In this document: in pieces, positions 37,686-47,427 of the stretch
How the letters are laid out: each line of letters starts with the position of its first letter
Position numbering within the stretch: position 1 is the first letter of the stretch
Assembly (NCBI RefSeq): GCF_945956895.1
Contig: NZ_CAMFJF010000006.1
Span: 35,366 to 99,365, forward strand
DNA from: an uncultured Bosea sp.
Lineage (GTDB): Bacteria > Pseudomonadota > Alphaproteobacteria > Rhizobiales > Beijerinckiaceae
Length of the DNA stretch: 64,000 nucleotides
Direction: 5' to 3'
Notes under the pieces: generated by a model
What the model was told of the DNA's origin: nothing
What the model saw: the letters and a program-made list of their open reading frames with translations, nothing else
Database searches by the model: none
Program-made: the position numbers and the translations under genes

Positions 37686-39317
37686 TCAGGCCTTCGTGAC
37701 CTTCTGATAGTCCTTCACGTCCGAGAAGGTGATGTCGGGCGCGCGCTCGGCGTCGTATTTCAGCGTGAACTGGCTGGACGCCATGAAGACCGGGTCGCCG
37801 TCGAGATCGTCGGCCATGGCCGAGGGCTTGTGGCCGACGAATTTCTGCAGCGCCACCTTGTCGTCCGAAGAGACCCAGCGGGCGATCGAGAACTGGCAGG
37901 GCTCGAAATCGACGGGCAGCGAATATTCGGCGTCCATGCGCTCCTTGAGCACGTCAAGCTGAAGGGCGCCGACGACGCCGACGATGGCGGGCGCGCCGTC
38001 ATGCGGCAGGAAGAGCTGGACGACACCTTCCTCGGCCATCTGCTGTAGCGCCTCGCGTAGCTTCTTGGCCTTCATCGCGTCCTTGAGCTTGACGCGGCGC
38101 AGGATTTCCGGGGCGAAGCTCGGCACGCCCTTGAAGACGATGTCCTCGCCCTCGGTCAGCGTGTCGCCGATGCGCAGGGTGCCGTGGTTCGGCAGGCCGA
38201 CGATATCGCCGGCGAAGGCCTCCTCGGCGATCGAGCGGTCGCGGGCGAAGAAGAATTGCGGCGCGTTGAGCGGCATCGGCTTGCCGGTGCGGACGAGCTT
38301 GGCCTTCATGCCGCGTGACAGCTTGCCCGAGCAGATGCGCATGAAGGCGATGCGGTCGCGGTGGTTCGGGTCCATGTTCGCCTGGATCTTGAAGACGAAG
38401 CCGGTCATCTTCGGCTCGTCCGCCTCGATCGGGCGCTTGTCGGATGCTTGCGCGCGCGGGCTCGGCGCATAGCGGCCCAGAGCATCGATCAGGTCGCGCA
38501 CACCGTAGTCGCGGAGCGCCGCGCCGAAATAGAGCGGGGTCAGATGGCCCTCGCGGAAGGCCTGGAGATCGAAGGGCTTCAACCCCTCGGCGGCGAGGAA
38601 GACTTCCTCGCGCCAGGTCTCGGCGGCGCCGTGCGGCAGCAATTCGTCGAAGAGCGGATCGTCCCAGCCCGAGACCTGGCGGTCCTCGGCGCGCTCGTCG
38701 CCCTTCTGGTTGCGGCGGAAGGTATTGGCCTTGAGATCGTAGGTGCCGACGAATTCGCGGCCGCGACCGACCGGCCAGGTCATCGGCGCGACGTCGAGCG
38801 CCAGCGTCGTCTCGATCTCGTTGATCAGGTCGAAGGGGTCGCGCGTCTCGCGGTCGACCTTGTTGATGAAGGTGACGATCGGGATGTCGCGGAGCCGGCA
38901 GACCTCGAACAGCTTCTTGGTGCGGTCCTCGATGCCCTTGGCGGCGTCGATCACCATGACGGCGGCGTCGACCGCAGTGAGCGTCCGATAGGTGTCTTCC
39001 GAGAAGTCCTCGTGGCCGGGCGTGTCGAGCAGATTGAAGACGTGGCCGCCATATTCGAAGGTCATCACCGAGGTGACGACCGAGATGCCGCGCTGGCGCT
39101 CGATCTTCATCCAGTCTGATGAGGTCTGGCGGCGGCCCTGCTTGGCGCGCACCTCGCCGGCGAGCTGAATGGCGCCGCCGAAATAGAGCAGCTTTTCGGT
39201 CAGCGTCGTCTTGCCCGCGTCCGGATGCGAGATGATGGCGAAGGTGCGCCGGCGCGCATGCGGTGCAGCGGAGGCCGCGGACGCTTCAAGGGTCGAAAGA
39301 TCGGTCATGGCGCGCAT
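37686..39317 (-). CDS. prfC: Peptide chain release factor 3
   Basis: GTPase G1 AIISHPDAGKTTLTEKLL and DTPGHEDF. About 540 aa. Alternative ATG at 39308. Confidence 0.9.
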   Translation of the reverse strand: MRAMTDLSTLEASAASAAPHARRRTFAIISHPDAGKTTLTEKLLYFGGAIQLAGEVRAKQGRRQTSSDWMKIERQRGISVVTSVMTFEYGGHVFNLLDTPGHEDFSEDTYRTLTAVDAAVMVIDAAKGIEDRTKKLFEVCRLRDIPIVTFINKVDRETRDPFDLINEIETTLALDVAPMTWPVGRGREFVGTYDLKANTFRRNQKGDERAEDRQVSGWDDPLFDELLPHGAAETWREEVFLAAEGLKPFDLQAFREGHLTPLYFGAALRDYGVRDLIDALGRYAPSPRAQASDKRPIEADEPKMTGFVFKIQANMDPNHRDRIAFMRICSGKLSRGMKAKLVRTGKPMPLNAPQFFFARDRSIAEEAFAGDIVGLPNHGTLRIGDTLTEGEDIVFKGVPSFAPEILRRVKLKDAMKAKKLREALQQMAEEGVVQLFLPHDGAPAIVGVVGALQLDVLKERMDAEYSLPVDFEPCQFSIARWVSSDDKVALQKFVGHKPSAMADDLDGDPVFMASSQFTLKYDAERAPDITFSDVKDYQKVTKA

Positions 39318-39368
39318 GAAGACGGAAGGGGGGCGGAAGTCAATTGCGCTTGTTCGTTACGCCGCGTC

Positions 39369-39462
39369 GTCATTGCGAGGAGCGAAGCAACGAAGCAACC
39401 CAGGGGACTGGCTGAGCCGCTCACCCAGTCCCCCTGGGTTGCTTCGCTGCGCTCGCAATGAC
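39369..39462. repeat. Type B nested-palindromic repeat, copy 2
   Basis: GTCATTGCGAGGAGCGAAGCAA...CCAGGGGACTGG...CCCTGGGTTGCTTCG...CTCGCAATGAC. Confidence 0.9.
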
Positions 39463-39482
39463 GGAGAGGACGGCCTTCCTGT

Positions 39483-40253
39483 TCAATTCTTCAGCCGATA
39501 GCCCGTCTTGAAGATCCAGCCGACGGTCGCGATGCAGGCGGCGAGGAAGATCAGGGTCATGCCGAGGCTGACACCCAGGCTGACATCGGCGAGCCCGTAG
39601 AAGCTCCAGCGGAAACCGCTGATCAGGTAGACCACCGGATTGAACAGCGTCACCGTCTGCCAGAAGGGCGGCAGCATCGAGATCGAGTAGAAGGAGCCGC
39701 CGAGGAAGGCGAGCGGTGTCACGATCAGCAGAGGAATGACCTGCAATTTCTCGAAGCCATCGGCCCAGATGCCGATGATGAAGCCGAACAGGCTGAAGGT
39801 CGTCGCCGTCAGCACGAGGAAGAGCAGCATCATCACGGGATGCTCGATCCGCAGCGGCACGAAGAAGGCGGCGGTCAACAGGATGATCAGGCCGAGCAGG
39901 ATCGACTTGGTCGCGGCCGCGCCGACATAGGCGATCACCGCCTCCCACCAGGCGACGGGGGCGGAGAGCAATTCGTAGATCGTGCCGGTGAATTTCGGGA
40001 AATAGATCGCGAAGGAGGCGTTGGCGATGCTCTGCGTCAGCAGCGAGAGCATGATCAGGCCGGGCACGATGAAGGCGCCATAGGGCACGCCCTCGACCGA
40101 TTGCATGCGCGAGCCGATCGCGCCGCCGAAGACGATGAAATAGAGCGAGGTCGAGAGCACCGGCGAGACGATGCTCTGCAAGGGCGTACGCCAGGTGCGG
40201 GCCATCTCGAAGCGGTAGATCGCGGCGATGGCGTGCAGGTTCAGGCCAGTCAT
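39483..40253 (-). CDS. ABC-2 type transporter permease
   Basis: 6 TM segments, ABC-2 family pattern. The start overlaps the ATPase stop by 1 nt (TGATG). Confidence 0.85.
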   Translation of the reverse strand: MTGLNLHAIAAIYRFEMARTWRTPLQSIVSPVLSTSLYFIVFGGAIGSRMQSVEGVPYGAFIVPGLIMLSLLTQSIANASFAIYFPKFTGTIYELLSAPVAWWEAVIAYVGAAATKSILLGLIILLTAAFFVPLRIEHPVMMLLFLVLTATTFSLFGFIIGIWADGFEKLQVIPLLIVTPLAFLGGSFYSISMLPPFWQTVTLFNPVVYLISGFRWSFYGLADVSLGVSLGMTLIFLAACIATVGWIFKTGYRLKN

Positions 40254-41191
40254 CAGCGGCGCTCCTTGACGAGGCTCACGAAAATGTCCTCGAGCGAGCT
40301 CTGGCTGGTGCTGAGGTCGCGGAAGCGGATACCCGCCTCGGCCAGGCCCTGCAGCAAGGTGGTGATGCCGGTGCGTTCGGCCTGTGTGTCGTAGGTGTAG
40401 ACGATCTCGTCGCCGGCGGCCGAGAGCTTGAGGTCGAAGCTCGCCAGTGCCTCCGGCACGGCCGCGATCGGCTGCTGGAGCTGGAGGGAGAGCTGCTTCT
40501 TGCCGAGCTTGCGCATCAGCTCGGCCTTCTCCTCGACCAGGATGATCTCGCCCTTGGAAATGACGCCGACGCGGTCGGCCATCTCCTCGGCTTCCTCGAT
40601 ATAATGGGTCGTCAGGATGATGGTGACGCCCTCGTCACGCAGGCGGCGCACCATCTGCCACATGTCCTGCCGCAGCTCGACATCGACGCCGGCGGTCGGT
40701 TCGTCGAGGAAGAGGATGCGCGGCTCGTGCGAGAGCGCCTTGGCGATCATGACGCGCCGCTTCATGCCGCCCGAGAGCATGCGGATCTGGCTGTCCTTCT
40801 TCTCCCAGAGCGAGAGGTCCTTGAGGATGCGCTCGATCAGGGCCGGGTCCTTCGGTTTGCCGAAGAGGCCGCGACTGAAATTCACCGTGGACCACACCGT
40901 CTCGAAGGCGTCGGTGGTCAGTTCCTGCGGCACGAGGCCGATGGCCGAGCGGGCGGCGCGGTAATCGCGGAGGATGTCGTGGCCATCGGCCGTGACCGTG
41001 CCGGTGCTCGGCCGGACAAGGCCGCAGATGATGCTGATCAGCGTCGTCTTGCCGGCGCCGTTGGGGCCGAGCAGGGCGAATATCTCGCCGCGCCTGATCG
41101 CGAGGTCGACCGATTTCAGCGCGCTGAAGCCGGAGGCATAGGTCTTCGAGAGGCCGGAGACCGAGATGATCGGCGAAGTCGTGTCTGGCAT
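40253..41191 (-). CDS. ABC transporter ATP-binding protein (DrrA/CcmA-like, exporter type)
   Basis: Walker [10 protein letters not shown], signature LSGGMKRR, Walker [12 protein letters not shown] at 41191. Confidence 0.9.
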   Translation of the reverse strand: MPDTTSPIISVSGLSKTYASGFSALKSVDLAIRRGEIFALLGPNGAGKTTLISIICGLVRPSTGTVTADGHDILRDYRAARSAIGLVPQELTTDAFETVWSTVNFSRGLFGKPKDPALIERILKDLSLWEKKDSQIRMLSGGMKRRVMIAKALSHEPRILFLDEPTAGVDVELRQDMWQMVRRLRDEGVTIILTTHYIEEAEEMADRVGVISKGEIILVEEKAELMRKLGKKQLSLQLQQPIAAVPEALASFDLKLSAAGDEIVYTYDTQAERTGITTLLQGLAEAGIRFRDLSTSQSSLEDIFVSLVKERR

Positions 41192-41291
41192 GGGCGGCAT
41201 ATAGGGGAGCTGTTGCGTGGTTGCGATGGCGGGATCATGCCGGGAAAGCATGATCGCCTGTCAGTTCATGGCGGGAAGCGCCGCCGCAAAC

Positions 41292-41322
41292 GAGAAGGCC
41301 GGGCGCTGGGCCCGGCCTTCTC
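41292..41322 (-). terminator. 13-bp GC-rich hairpin (GAGAAGGCCGGGC / GCCCGGCCTTCTC) with short GUUUG tail on the minus strand
   Basis: Perfect 13-bp stem. It lies between the 211-aa gene / tiny ORF and the ABC-2 ATPase start, so it is either a terminator or an attenuator. Confidence 0.5.
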
Positions 41323-41341
41323 CAAGCGACGCAGCCGAACG

Positions 41342-41380
41342 CTACTTCATGAAGAACCACAACAGGATGACGAAACGCAT
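41342..41380 (-). CDS. Tiny hydrophobic ORF MRFVILLWFFMK (candidate leader peptide or micro-protein)
   Basis: ATG preceded by GAGGGG at 6-nt spacing. 12 codons, with the stop 20 nt before the 13-bp hairpin. Confidence 0.25.
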   Translation of the reverse strand: MRFVILLWFFMK

Positions 41381-41453
41381 GTGCAGCCCCTCGTTGGATC
41401 AACGATGCTGCGGCAACATCTTTCGGAGGGAGGACGTTTCTTTCCAGGGCTTG

Positions 41454-42089
41454 TCAGGCCGTTTCGAAAGCCTCGGCGCTCGGATGCCATTGCGGGTGGT
41501 AGCCGTGCTCCAGCGCCGCGAGCGTAGCGGGGGGCGTGAGCACCGTTACGAAGCCGGTCGGGCGTTCGCGCCGGCCGACATAACCACCGGGCGACCAGAG
41601 CAGGGCGGACGCCCCGCGCAGCGCCAGGAAACCTTCCTCGTTGCCGGAAAGCAGCATCGTGCCGTCGGGCAATCGCTCGGCCGGCAGCCGATGCGTGCGC
41701 TTCATCCGGCCGTCCCGGCGATCGGCGTCGAGGATGCGGTCGATCTCGGGAAAGAGCGGCGTCTCGGGGAGACCGAGGCCACGGACGAGCGCCTCGCGAT
41801 AGGCGAGCGCATCCTGTCGCCGGCATTCCATGCAGGGGCGATGCCCTGCGGCGAGCGCCGTCACCTCGTCGCAGAAGAACAGTTCGGTATAGCCGCGGCC
41901 CCAGACCTTGCGCTTGCGCCCCTTGAAGGAGAGGACGCAGCAGAGCCACTGGCGCGTCGCCTGCATGCGGGTGGGGACTTCATGCGCCGAGGGGTCGTGG
42001 AAGCGGCCGCCACGGTTGCCATAGAAGGTGCCGCGCGCCGGATCGGCGAAGAGCGTGCCATCGGGTCTGACGCGGTTGGGAAGGGGCAT
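41454..42089 (-). CDS. Hypothetical protein with Ada-like Cys motif (AAGHRPCMECRR)
   Basis: 211 aa. EVTALAAGHRPCMECRR resembles the second half of the Ada N-terminal Zn-binding motif (AAGFRPCKRC). Additional Cys residues upstream (WLCC, FFC). Confidence 0.5.
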   Translation of the reverse strand: MPLPNRVRPDGTLFADPARGTFYGNRGGRFHDPSAHEVPTRMQATRQWLCCVLSFKGRKRKVWGRGYTELFFCDEVTALAAGHRPCMECRRQDALAYREALVRGLGLPETPLFPEIDRILDADRRDGRMKRTHRLPAERLPDGTMLLSGNEEGFLALRGASALLWSPGGYVGRRERPTGFVTVLTPPATLAALEHGYHPQWHPSAEAFETA

Positions 42090-42237
42090 GTGATGGCTCG
42101 CCGAGCTTGATCGTCATCAGCATTGCGACCGGGGGCGACAGGCCATGGCAGCAGCGCCCGGCCCTGCGGCGTTGCGACGGTTGGCGCATCAGATGACCTA
42201 AGGCAAGCTGGTGCCATCCGGAAAGGCGGGGGCGGTG

Positions 42238-43557
42238 ATGGACGACACGCGCAACGCGGCTGAGGTTCAGGCGTCGCACCCCGCGCCGTCGCGGCTGATC
42301 GCGCATCCCGATCGAGGCACGATCCTGGGCGAGGTGCATGCCCGCCCCTTCGCGCCGATGGCGACACCGAGCCGCGTCCTGCATTTCGCCTTCCTGACCG
42401 ATGGCGAGCAGGCCGCCGCGGATCGCGCGGCGCTGGCGCGCTTCTGTGCCGAGCGCGGCGTCGCCGGCCCCTTGGAAGGGGCCAAGCATCATCGCGCACG
42501 GCTCAACGATACCGGGCTGCGCTGGGAGCAGCATAGCGAGTTCACCACCTATAGCTGGGAATTGCCGGCCAATGGCGGCCAGCCCTTCGAGCCGCCGCCC
42601 ACGATGCTGCCGCAGCCGATGCTCGAACTGCCGCAACCGGGGCCGCATCTCGTCTCGGTCGACCTGCATCTGATCGTCGAGCGGCCGACCGAGGGGTTCG
42701 ACAGGCTTTTCGATGCCTCCAGCCTGGCGGTGGTCTCGGTCGATGGCGGCGCGGCCATGGCGGCGACCGATTTCCGGGCCTGTGCCGACGGGTTCGTCCG
42801 CATCCTGGTGCGGGACCGGGCATTGACGCCGGCTCAGGCGGGCGCGCTGGTGCAGCGTCTGCTGGAGATCGAGACCTACCGCACGCTCGCCCTTCTCGGC
42901 CTGCCCGAGGCCCATCGCGTCGGGCCCTTCGTCCGCTCGACGGAGGAGGCGCTGGTGCGCATCGCCAGCACGATGACGCGGACCGACGGACTTGCCGCCG
43001 ACAACGCCCTGCTCGACGAGATGACGGCGCTCGCCGCCAGGCTCCAGGCTGAGGCGACCGTGGCCGGCTACCGCTTCGGCGCCAGCCGCGCCTATAGCGA
43101 CATCGTGCAGCAACGGCTTGCCGCGATCGGCGAGCAGCCGCATGAGGGCTGGCCGACGATCTCTGCTTTCCTGTCGCGCCGGATGGCGCCGGCGATGCGG
43201 ACCTGCCAGATGCTGGTCGGGCGGCTGGCCGATCTCTCGCGCAATCTGGGGCGGGCCTCCAACCTGCTGCGCACCCGCGTCGACGTCGCGCTGGAGCAGC
43301 AGAATCGCGACCTGCTGGCCGCGATGAACGAGCGCACACGGCTGCAACTGCGCCTGCAGCATACGGTCGAGGGCCTGTCGGTCGCTGCCATCGCCTATTA
43401 CGTCGTCAGCCTGTTCGGCTATCTCGCGAAGGGAGCCAAGGAGGCGGGCTGGCCGATGCCGGATATCGGCGTCGCGACGGCCCTGTTCGTGCCGGTGGCG
43501 CTGGCCGGCGTCTGGCTGGCGGTCAGGCGCATCCGACGCGGGCATCACGAAAGTTGA
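42238..43557 (+). CDS. DUF3422-like membrane-anchored protein
   Basis: GEVHARPF...RWEQHSEFTTYSW pattern and two C-terminal TM segments. Family assignment from memory. Confidence 0.6.
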   Translation: MDDTRNAAEVQASHPAPSRLIAHPDRGTILGEVHARPFAPMATPSRVLHFAFLTDGEQAAADRAALARFCAERGVAGPLEGAKHHRARLNDTGLRWEQHSEFTTYSWELPANGGQPFEPPPTMLPQPMLELPQPGPHLVSVDLHLIVERPTEGFDRLFDASSLAVVSVDGGAAMAATDFRACADGFVRILVRDRALTPAQAGALVQRLLEIETYRTLALLGLPEAHRVGPFVRSTEEALVRIASTMTRTDGLAADNALLDEMTALAARLQAEATVAGYRFGASRAYSDIVQQRLAAIGEQPHEGWPTISAFLSRRMAPAMRTCQMLVGRLADLSRNLGRASNLLRTRVDVALEQQNRDLLAAMNERTRLQLRLQHTVEGLSVAAIAYYVVSLFGYLAKGAKEAGWPMPDIGVATALFVPVALAGVWLAVRRIRRGHHES

Positions 43558-43716
43558 GTTCGCACGGACAGAATTGCGCCGCTTTTCTGCGGTCCCGTCA
43601 GCGGAGGCTTAACGCTAGAAGCAAGTCGGCTGCGGCCCCTAATGCATTTGAAGGGGTTTCGGCGGCATTCTCGCCGTGACAAGGCCATATCTCGATGGCC
43701 CGGATCTGAGGGAAAC

Positions 43717-43842
43717 ATGGATCTGATCGTACGCCTGTTCCTGCGTCTCGGCGCACTGCTTGCGCCGCCTGTCGCGCCGCAACCCGTTCCCGTGCCGGTG
43801 CGCAGCCGCGGTCCTCGCCGGCTGGTCGACCCGAGAGCCTGA
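43717..43842 (+). CDS. Possible small protein (41 aa) MDLIVRLFLRLGALLAPPVAPQPVPVPVRSRGPRRLVDPRA
   Basis: ATG with a GAGGGA SD at about 4-nt spacing. Followed at about 60 nt by a bidirectional terminator. No homology recognised. Confidence 0.25.
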   Translation: MDLIVRLFLRLGALLAPPVAPQPVPVPVRSRGPRRLVDPRA

Positions 43843-43898
43843 AGCGTTCCGCACCGTTCGATCGCAGCCTCCAAGGCGGCAGGCTCGTCGACGGGCAA

Positions 43899-43929
43899 CA
43901 AAAATAGGCCGGCTTGCGCCGGCCTTTTG
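43899..43929. terminator. Bidirectional intrinsic terminator
   Basis: AGGCCGGC-TTGC-GCCGGCCT with an A-run upstream and a T-run downstream. Confidence 0.7.
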
Positions 43930-43965
43930 AGTCTTGGGTCTCGAAACAGGGCCGTCCGGGGAAGC

Positions 43966-44265
43966 TCAGTAGTAGCCGCAGACCCGGCGGTAGCCGATGA
44001 CATTGCCCCAGCGGTCGAAGCGTTCGACCATGTCGCAGGAGCGGACGGGGGCCGGGGCGTCATAGTAGCCGTAGCCATAGGCGGGGCGGGTGGCGCCTGC
44101 GATGATCGCGCCCGCAGCGATGGCCCCGACCACACCGGCCCCGACACCCCAGCCGCCGTAGCGGTAACCCCAGCGCGGGCGCGCCTCGGCGCCGGAAGCC
44201 ATGAAGGTGGCGGCCAGGGTCACGGCCGCGAGGGTCGCGGTCAGCGTCTTGCGGAACGTGGTCAT
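43966..44265 (-). CDS. Small secreted Gly/Tyr-rich protein
   Basis: Signal peptide (…ATFMASGAEA), a Gly-zipper-like segment GVGAGVVGAIAAGAIIAGA, and two Cys near the C-terminus. Confidence 0.55.
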   Translation of the reverse strand: MTTFRKTLTATLAAVTLAATFMASGAEARPRWGYRYGGWGVGAGVVGAIAAGAIIAGATRPAYGYGYYDAPAPVRSCDMVERFDRWGNVIGYRRVCGYY

Positions 44266-44558
44266 GCTCGTCTCTCCCGATCGTTGCGAGAGCGAAGATG
44301 TCGCCCTCTATGCCCATTGGTCGCGGGCACGGATCGATCGGTTCAAAGAGACGGGGAATTATTTTCCGGACCAGTCCGGGCATGCCCCGCGGCAGCCATT
44401 CGGCGAGAGGCTCGGGCCGAAAGGGGCGGTGGCGTCGCTCCCGGGCGGGAACGACGCCACGAAGGTTGCCGGTGGCAAGCGGGCGTTCCTGCCGGGATTG
44501 GCCCTCCCGCCCGCAGCAATGGGCCATCCGGCGTCAGCCAGACGCAATCCGATAGGTG

Positions 44559-45443
44559 TCAGACCTTGGCCGCGCTGGCGGCCGCGTCGATATTGGCGAC
44601 GAGTTCGGCATCGAGGCCGAGCGAGCCGGCGAGACCGGCGAGGAAGTCCTTCTCGGCGGCATTGTCCGGATTGATGGCGATGCGCGCCGCCGTGTAGATC
44701 TGCGCGGCAAGCTCGGGGCTCTCGGCCGCCTCGACCAGCGTATCGATCGAAGCCGGGTTCGCCAGCTCCTGCGCCAGCCACTCATGGGCCTCCTGCTCGA
44801 GGCCAGCCTCCTTCAGGCCGCCGAGGATGGCATTGCGCTCCTCGGCGTCGATATGGCCGTCGGCGGCCGCTGCCGCGATCATCGCGCGGATGAAGGTCAG
44901 TGTCGTCGCCTCGCTCGCCGCCTGCGGCTCGAAGCCGGTTCCGGCCGGGGCGGGCAGCAGCTCCTGCTGGCTGGCGTCGAGCAGCGGTTTGCCGGCCTGA
45001 TAGTTCTGGTAGGCCTTGTAGGCGAGGCTGCCGATCAGGGCGAGGCCACCAAGCTTGGCGGCGGAGCTCGCGACCGCGCGGCCCGTGCTGGTGCCGAAGA
45101 CAAGGGCGCCGAGGCCGCCGAGCACCGCAGTCGCCAAAGCCGGGTTGCTGTTGAACATGCCCTTGGCCTGCTCGATCAGCTGGTCGGGCGTCCTGCCGCC
45201 GGTGACCCGGCCGAGCGCATCGCCGGCGCCTTGCTGCACGCCCGTCTGGCGCGCCGCATCGCCCAGGCCCTGCGTCGCCTGGGTCAGGATCTGCCCCGCC
45301 AGTCCGCCGAGGCCGCCCGAGCGCTGGACCTGATCGGCCAGCCCGCCGAGCATGCCGCCGAGGCCGCCCTGCTGCCCGGCCTGTGCGCCGGCCTGGCTGC
45401 CGGCGCTGATCAGGGCGTCGAGCAGGGATTTGGCGTTGAACAT
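44559..45443 (-). CDS. DUF533 / TerB-like (YebE family) protein
   Basis: ATG at 45443 (MFNAKSLLDALI...). Gly/Gln-rich N-terminus, a TM segment, and C-terminal AAAADGHIDAEER TerB-like motif. Confidence 0.7.
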   Translation of the reverse strand: MFNAKSLLDALISAGSQAGAQAGQQGGLGGMLGGLADQVQRSGGLGGLAGQILTQATQGLGDAARQTGVQQGAGDALGRVTGGRTPDQLIEQAKGMFNSNPALATAVLGGLGALVFGTSTGRAVASSAAKLGGLALIGSLAYKAYQNYQAGKPLLDASQQELLPAPAGTGFEPQAASEATTLTFIRAMIAAAAADGHIDAEERNAILGGLKEAGLEQEAHEWLAQELANPASIDTLVEAAESPELAAQIYTAARIAINPDNAAEKDFLAGLAGSLGLDAELVANIDAAASAAKV

Positions 45444-45544
45444 GTCTCTGTTTCTCCTGTTGGCGGCCGTCATGCCGCGCAGTCGAGATCGATCAGCCGC
45501 ATGAAAGCGGCGCGACCAAGGCGCCAGTTTGCACAGCTCGGCGC

Positions 45545-46015
45545 TCAAGTCATCGGCAGAGGTAGCAGTCCCGGTTCCTTCAGCGTTTCCAGCGCGATTT
45601 CAGAGCGGACGCGGGCCACGCTCTCATGCGGCATCAGGATTTCGTTGACGAGCTGGGCGAGCGCCTTCAGGTCGCCGACCGCGACCTTGAGCAGATAATC
45701 GGCTTCGCCGGTCAGGGCATGGGCTTCGAGGATCGCGGGCGTCAATCGCACGAGGTCGCGGAAGCGGCGGGCATTGTCGCGGGTATGGGTATCGAGCGCG
45801 ACATGGATGAAGACGATGACGCCGAGGCCGACGGCGGAAGGCTCCAGCGCCGCGCGGTAGCCGCGAATCACGCCTTCCTGCTCCAATCGCTGCCGCCGGC
45901 GCGAGACCTGGCTCGCGGACAGTCCGACCGTTTCGGCCAGCGCTGCGTTGGTCAGGGAGGCGTCGTTCTGGAGCGCGTCCAGAAGGCGCCAGTCGAGAGC
46001 GTCGAGCGTAGCCAT
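45545..46015 (-). CDS. Lrp/AsnC family transcriptional regulator
   Basis: MATLDALDWRLLDALQNDASLTNAALAETVGLSASQVSRRRQRLE. Divergent from hppD. Confidence 0.9.
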   Translation of the reverse strand: MATLDALDWRLLDALQNDASLTNAALAETVGLSASQVSRRRQRLEQEGVIRGYRAALEPSAVGLGVIVFIHVALDTHTRDNARRFRDLVRLTPAILEAHALTGEADYLLKVAVGDLKALAQLVNEILMPHESVARVRSEIALETLKEPGLLPLPMT

Positions 46016-46148
46016 ATCATGCATCCATGGCGCCATTGATGCGTAGATCATGCATCGAGATTTCTGAACGAGGCAAGTTTGCATGCAAATCGCCTGATGC
46101 TTGCGCGATCATGGGCCATCCCGACAAGAGCAGACAGGAGGAATGCCC

Positions 46149-47282
46149 ATGGGTCCGTTTCCGCACGACGCCGCTCCGCCCGCGATCTCGGCTGCCAACC
46201 CAATGGGGACGGACGGTTTCGAATTCGTCGAGTTCGCCCATCCCGAGCCGGAGAAGCTCGGCGCCCTGTTCGAGACGATGGGCTTCACCAAGGTCGCACG
46301 CCACCGCTCGAAGCAGGTGACGCTCTATCGGCAGGGCGACGTGAATTTCGTTGTCAATGCCGAGCCCGATTCCTTCGCCCAGGCCTTCGCGGTTCAGCAC
46401 GGCCCCTGCGCCTGTGCCATGGCTTTCCGCGTCGTCGATGCCAAGCACTCCTTCGAGCGGGCGGTTTCGCTCGGCGCCGAGCCCTATGAGAGTGCGATCG
46501 GGCCGGGCGAACTCGCGATCCCCGCCGTGCGCGGCATTGGCGGCTCGCTGCTCTATTTTGTCGATCGCTATGGCGAGAAGGGCTCGATCTGGGACGTCGA
46601 TTTCGAGTGGATCGGCGAGCGCGATCCGCATCCGGAGCAGGCCGGCCTGTATTACCTCGACCACCTCACCCATAACGTCATGCGCGGCCGCATGGACCAT
46701 TGGGCCGACTGGTACGGCAAGCTGTTCAATTTCCGCGAGATCCGCTTCTTCAATATCGAGGGCAAGCTGACCGGCCTGATCTCGCGGGCGCTGACCTCGC
46801 CCTGCGGCAAGATCCGCATCCCGATCAACGAGTCGCTCGACGACAAGAGCCAGATCGAGGAATACCTGCGCCAGTACAAGGGCGAGGGCATCCAGCATGT
46901 CGCGATGGGTTCGCGCGACATCTATGCCAGCGTCGAGGCCCTGCGCGGCAACGGCCTGCCGTTCATGCCGTCGCCACCCGCGACCTATTACGAGAAGGTC
47001 GATGCCCGCGTGCCGAACCATGGCGAGCCGGTCGAGCGGCTCAAGGCCAATGGCATCCTGATCGATGGCGAGGGCGCGGTCGCGCTCGGCGAGAAACAGG
47101 GGCGGATGAGCAAGGTGCTGCTGCAGATCTTCTCGGCCACGGTGGTCGGACCGATTTTCTTCGAGTTCATCCAGCGCAAGGGCGATGACGGTTTCGGCGA
47201 GGGCAATTTCCGCGCACTCTTCGAATCGATCGAGGAAGACCAGATCCGCAGGGGCGTGCTGAGCCCGGCGGCTGCGGAGTAA
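46149..47282 (+). CDS. hppD: 4-hydroxyphenylpyruvate dioxygenase
   Basis: GFEFVEFA..., two VOC modules, GIQHVA and C-terminal FFEFIQRKG...GFGEGNFRALFESIE. Start at 46149 or 46143. Confidence 0.9.
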   Translation: MGPFPHDAAPPAISAANPMGTDGFEFVEFAHPEPEKLGALFETMGFTKVARHRSKQVTLYRQGDVNFVVNAEPDSFAQAFAVQHGPCACAMAFRVVDAKHSFERAVSLGAEPYESAIGPGELAIPAVRGIGGSLLYFVDRYGEKGSIWDVDFEWIGERDPHPEQAGLYYLDHLTHNVMRGRMDHWADWYGKLFNFREIRFFNIEGKLTGLISRALTSPCGKIRIPINESLDDKSQIEEYLRQYKGEGIQHVAMGSRDIYASVEALRGNGLPFMPSPPATYYEKVDARVPNHGEPVERLKANGILIDGEGAVALGEKQGRMSKVLLQIFSATVVGPIFFEFIQRKGDDGFGEGNFRALFESIEEDQIRRGVLSPAAAE

Positions 47283-47309
47283 ATAGGCCAGGCTCCAGCA
47301 GCATCAGAC

Positions 47310-47397
47310 GTCATTGCGAGCGCAGCGAAGCAATCCAGGGGCGGTAGAACTCTACGTTCCCCTGGATTGCTTCGTCGCTGACGCTCCTCGCAATGAC
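47310..47397. repeat. Type B nested-palindromic repeat, copy 3
   Basis: GTCATTGCGAGCGCAGCGAAGCAATCCAGGGG...CCCCTGGATTGCTTCG...CTCGCAATGAC. Confidence 0.9.
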
Positions 47398-47427
47398 GGA
47401 GAGCATCGATCGGGCGAAGGGCAATTC

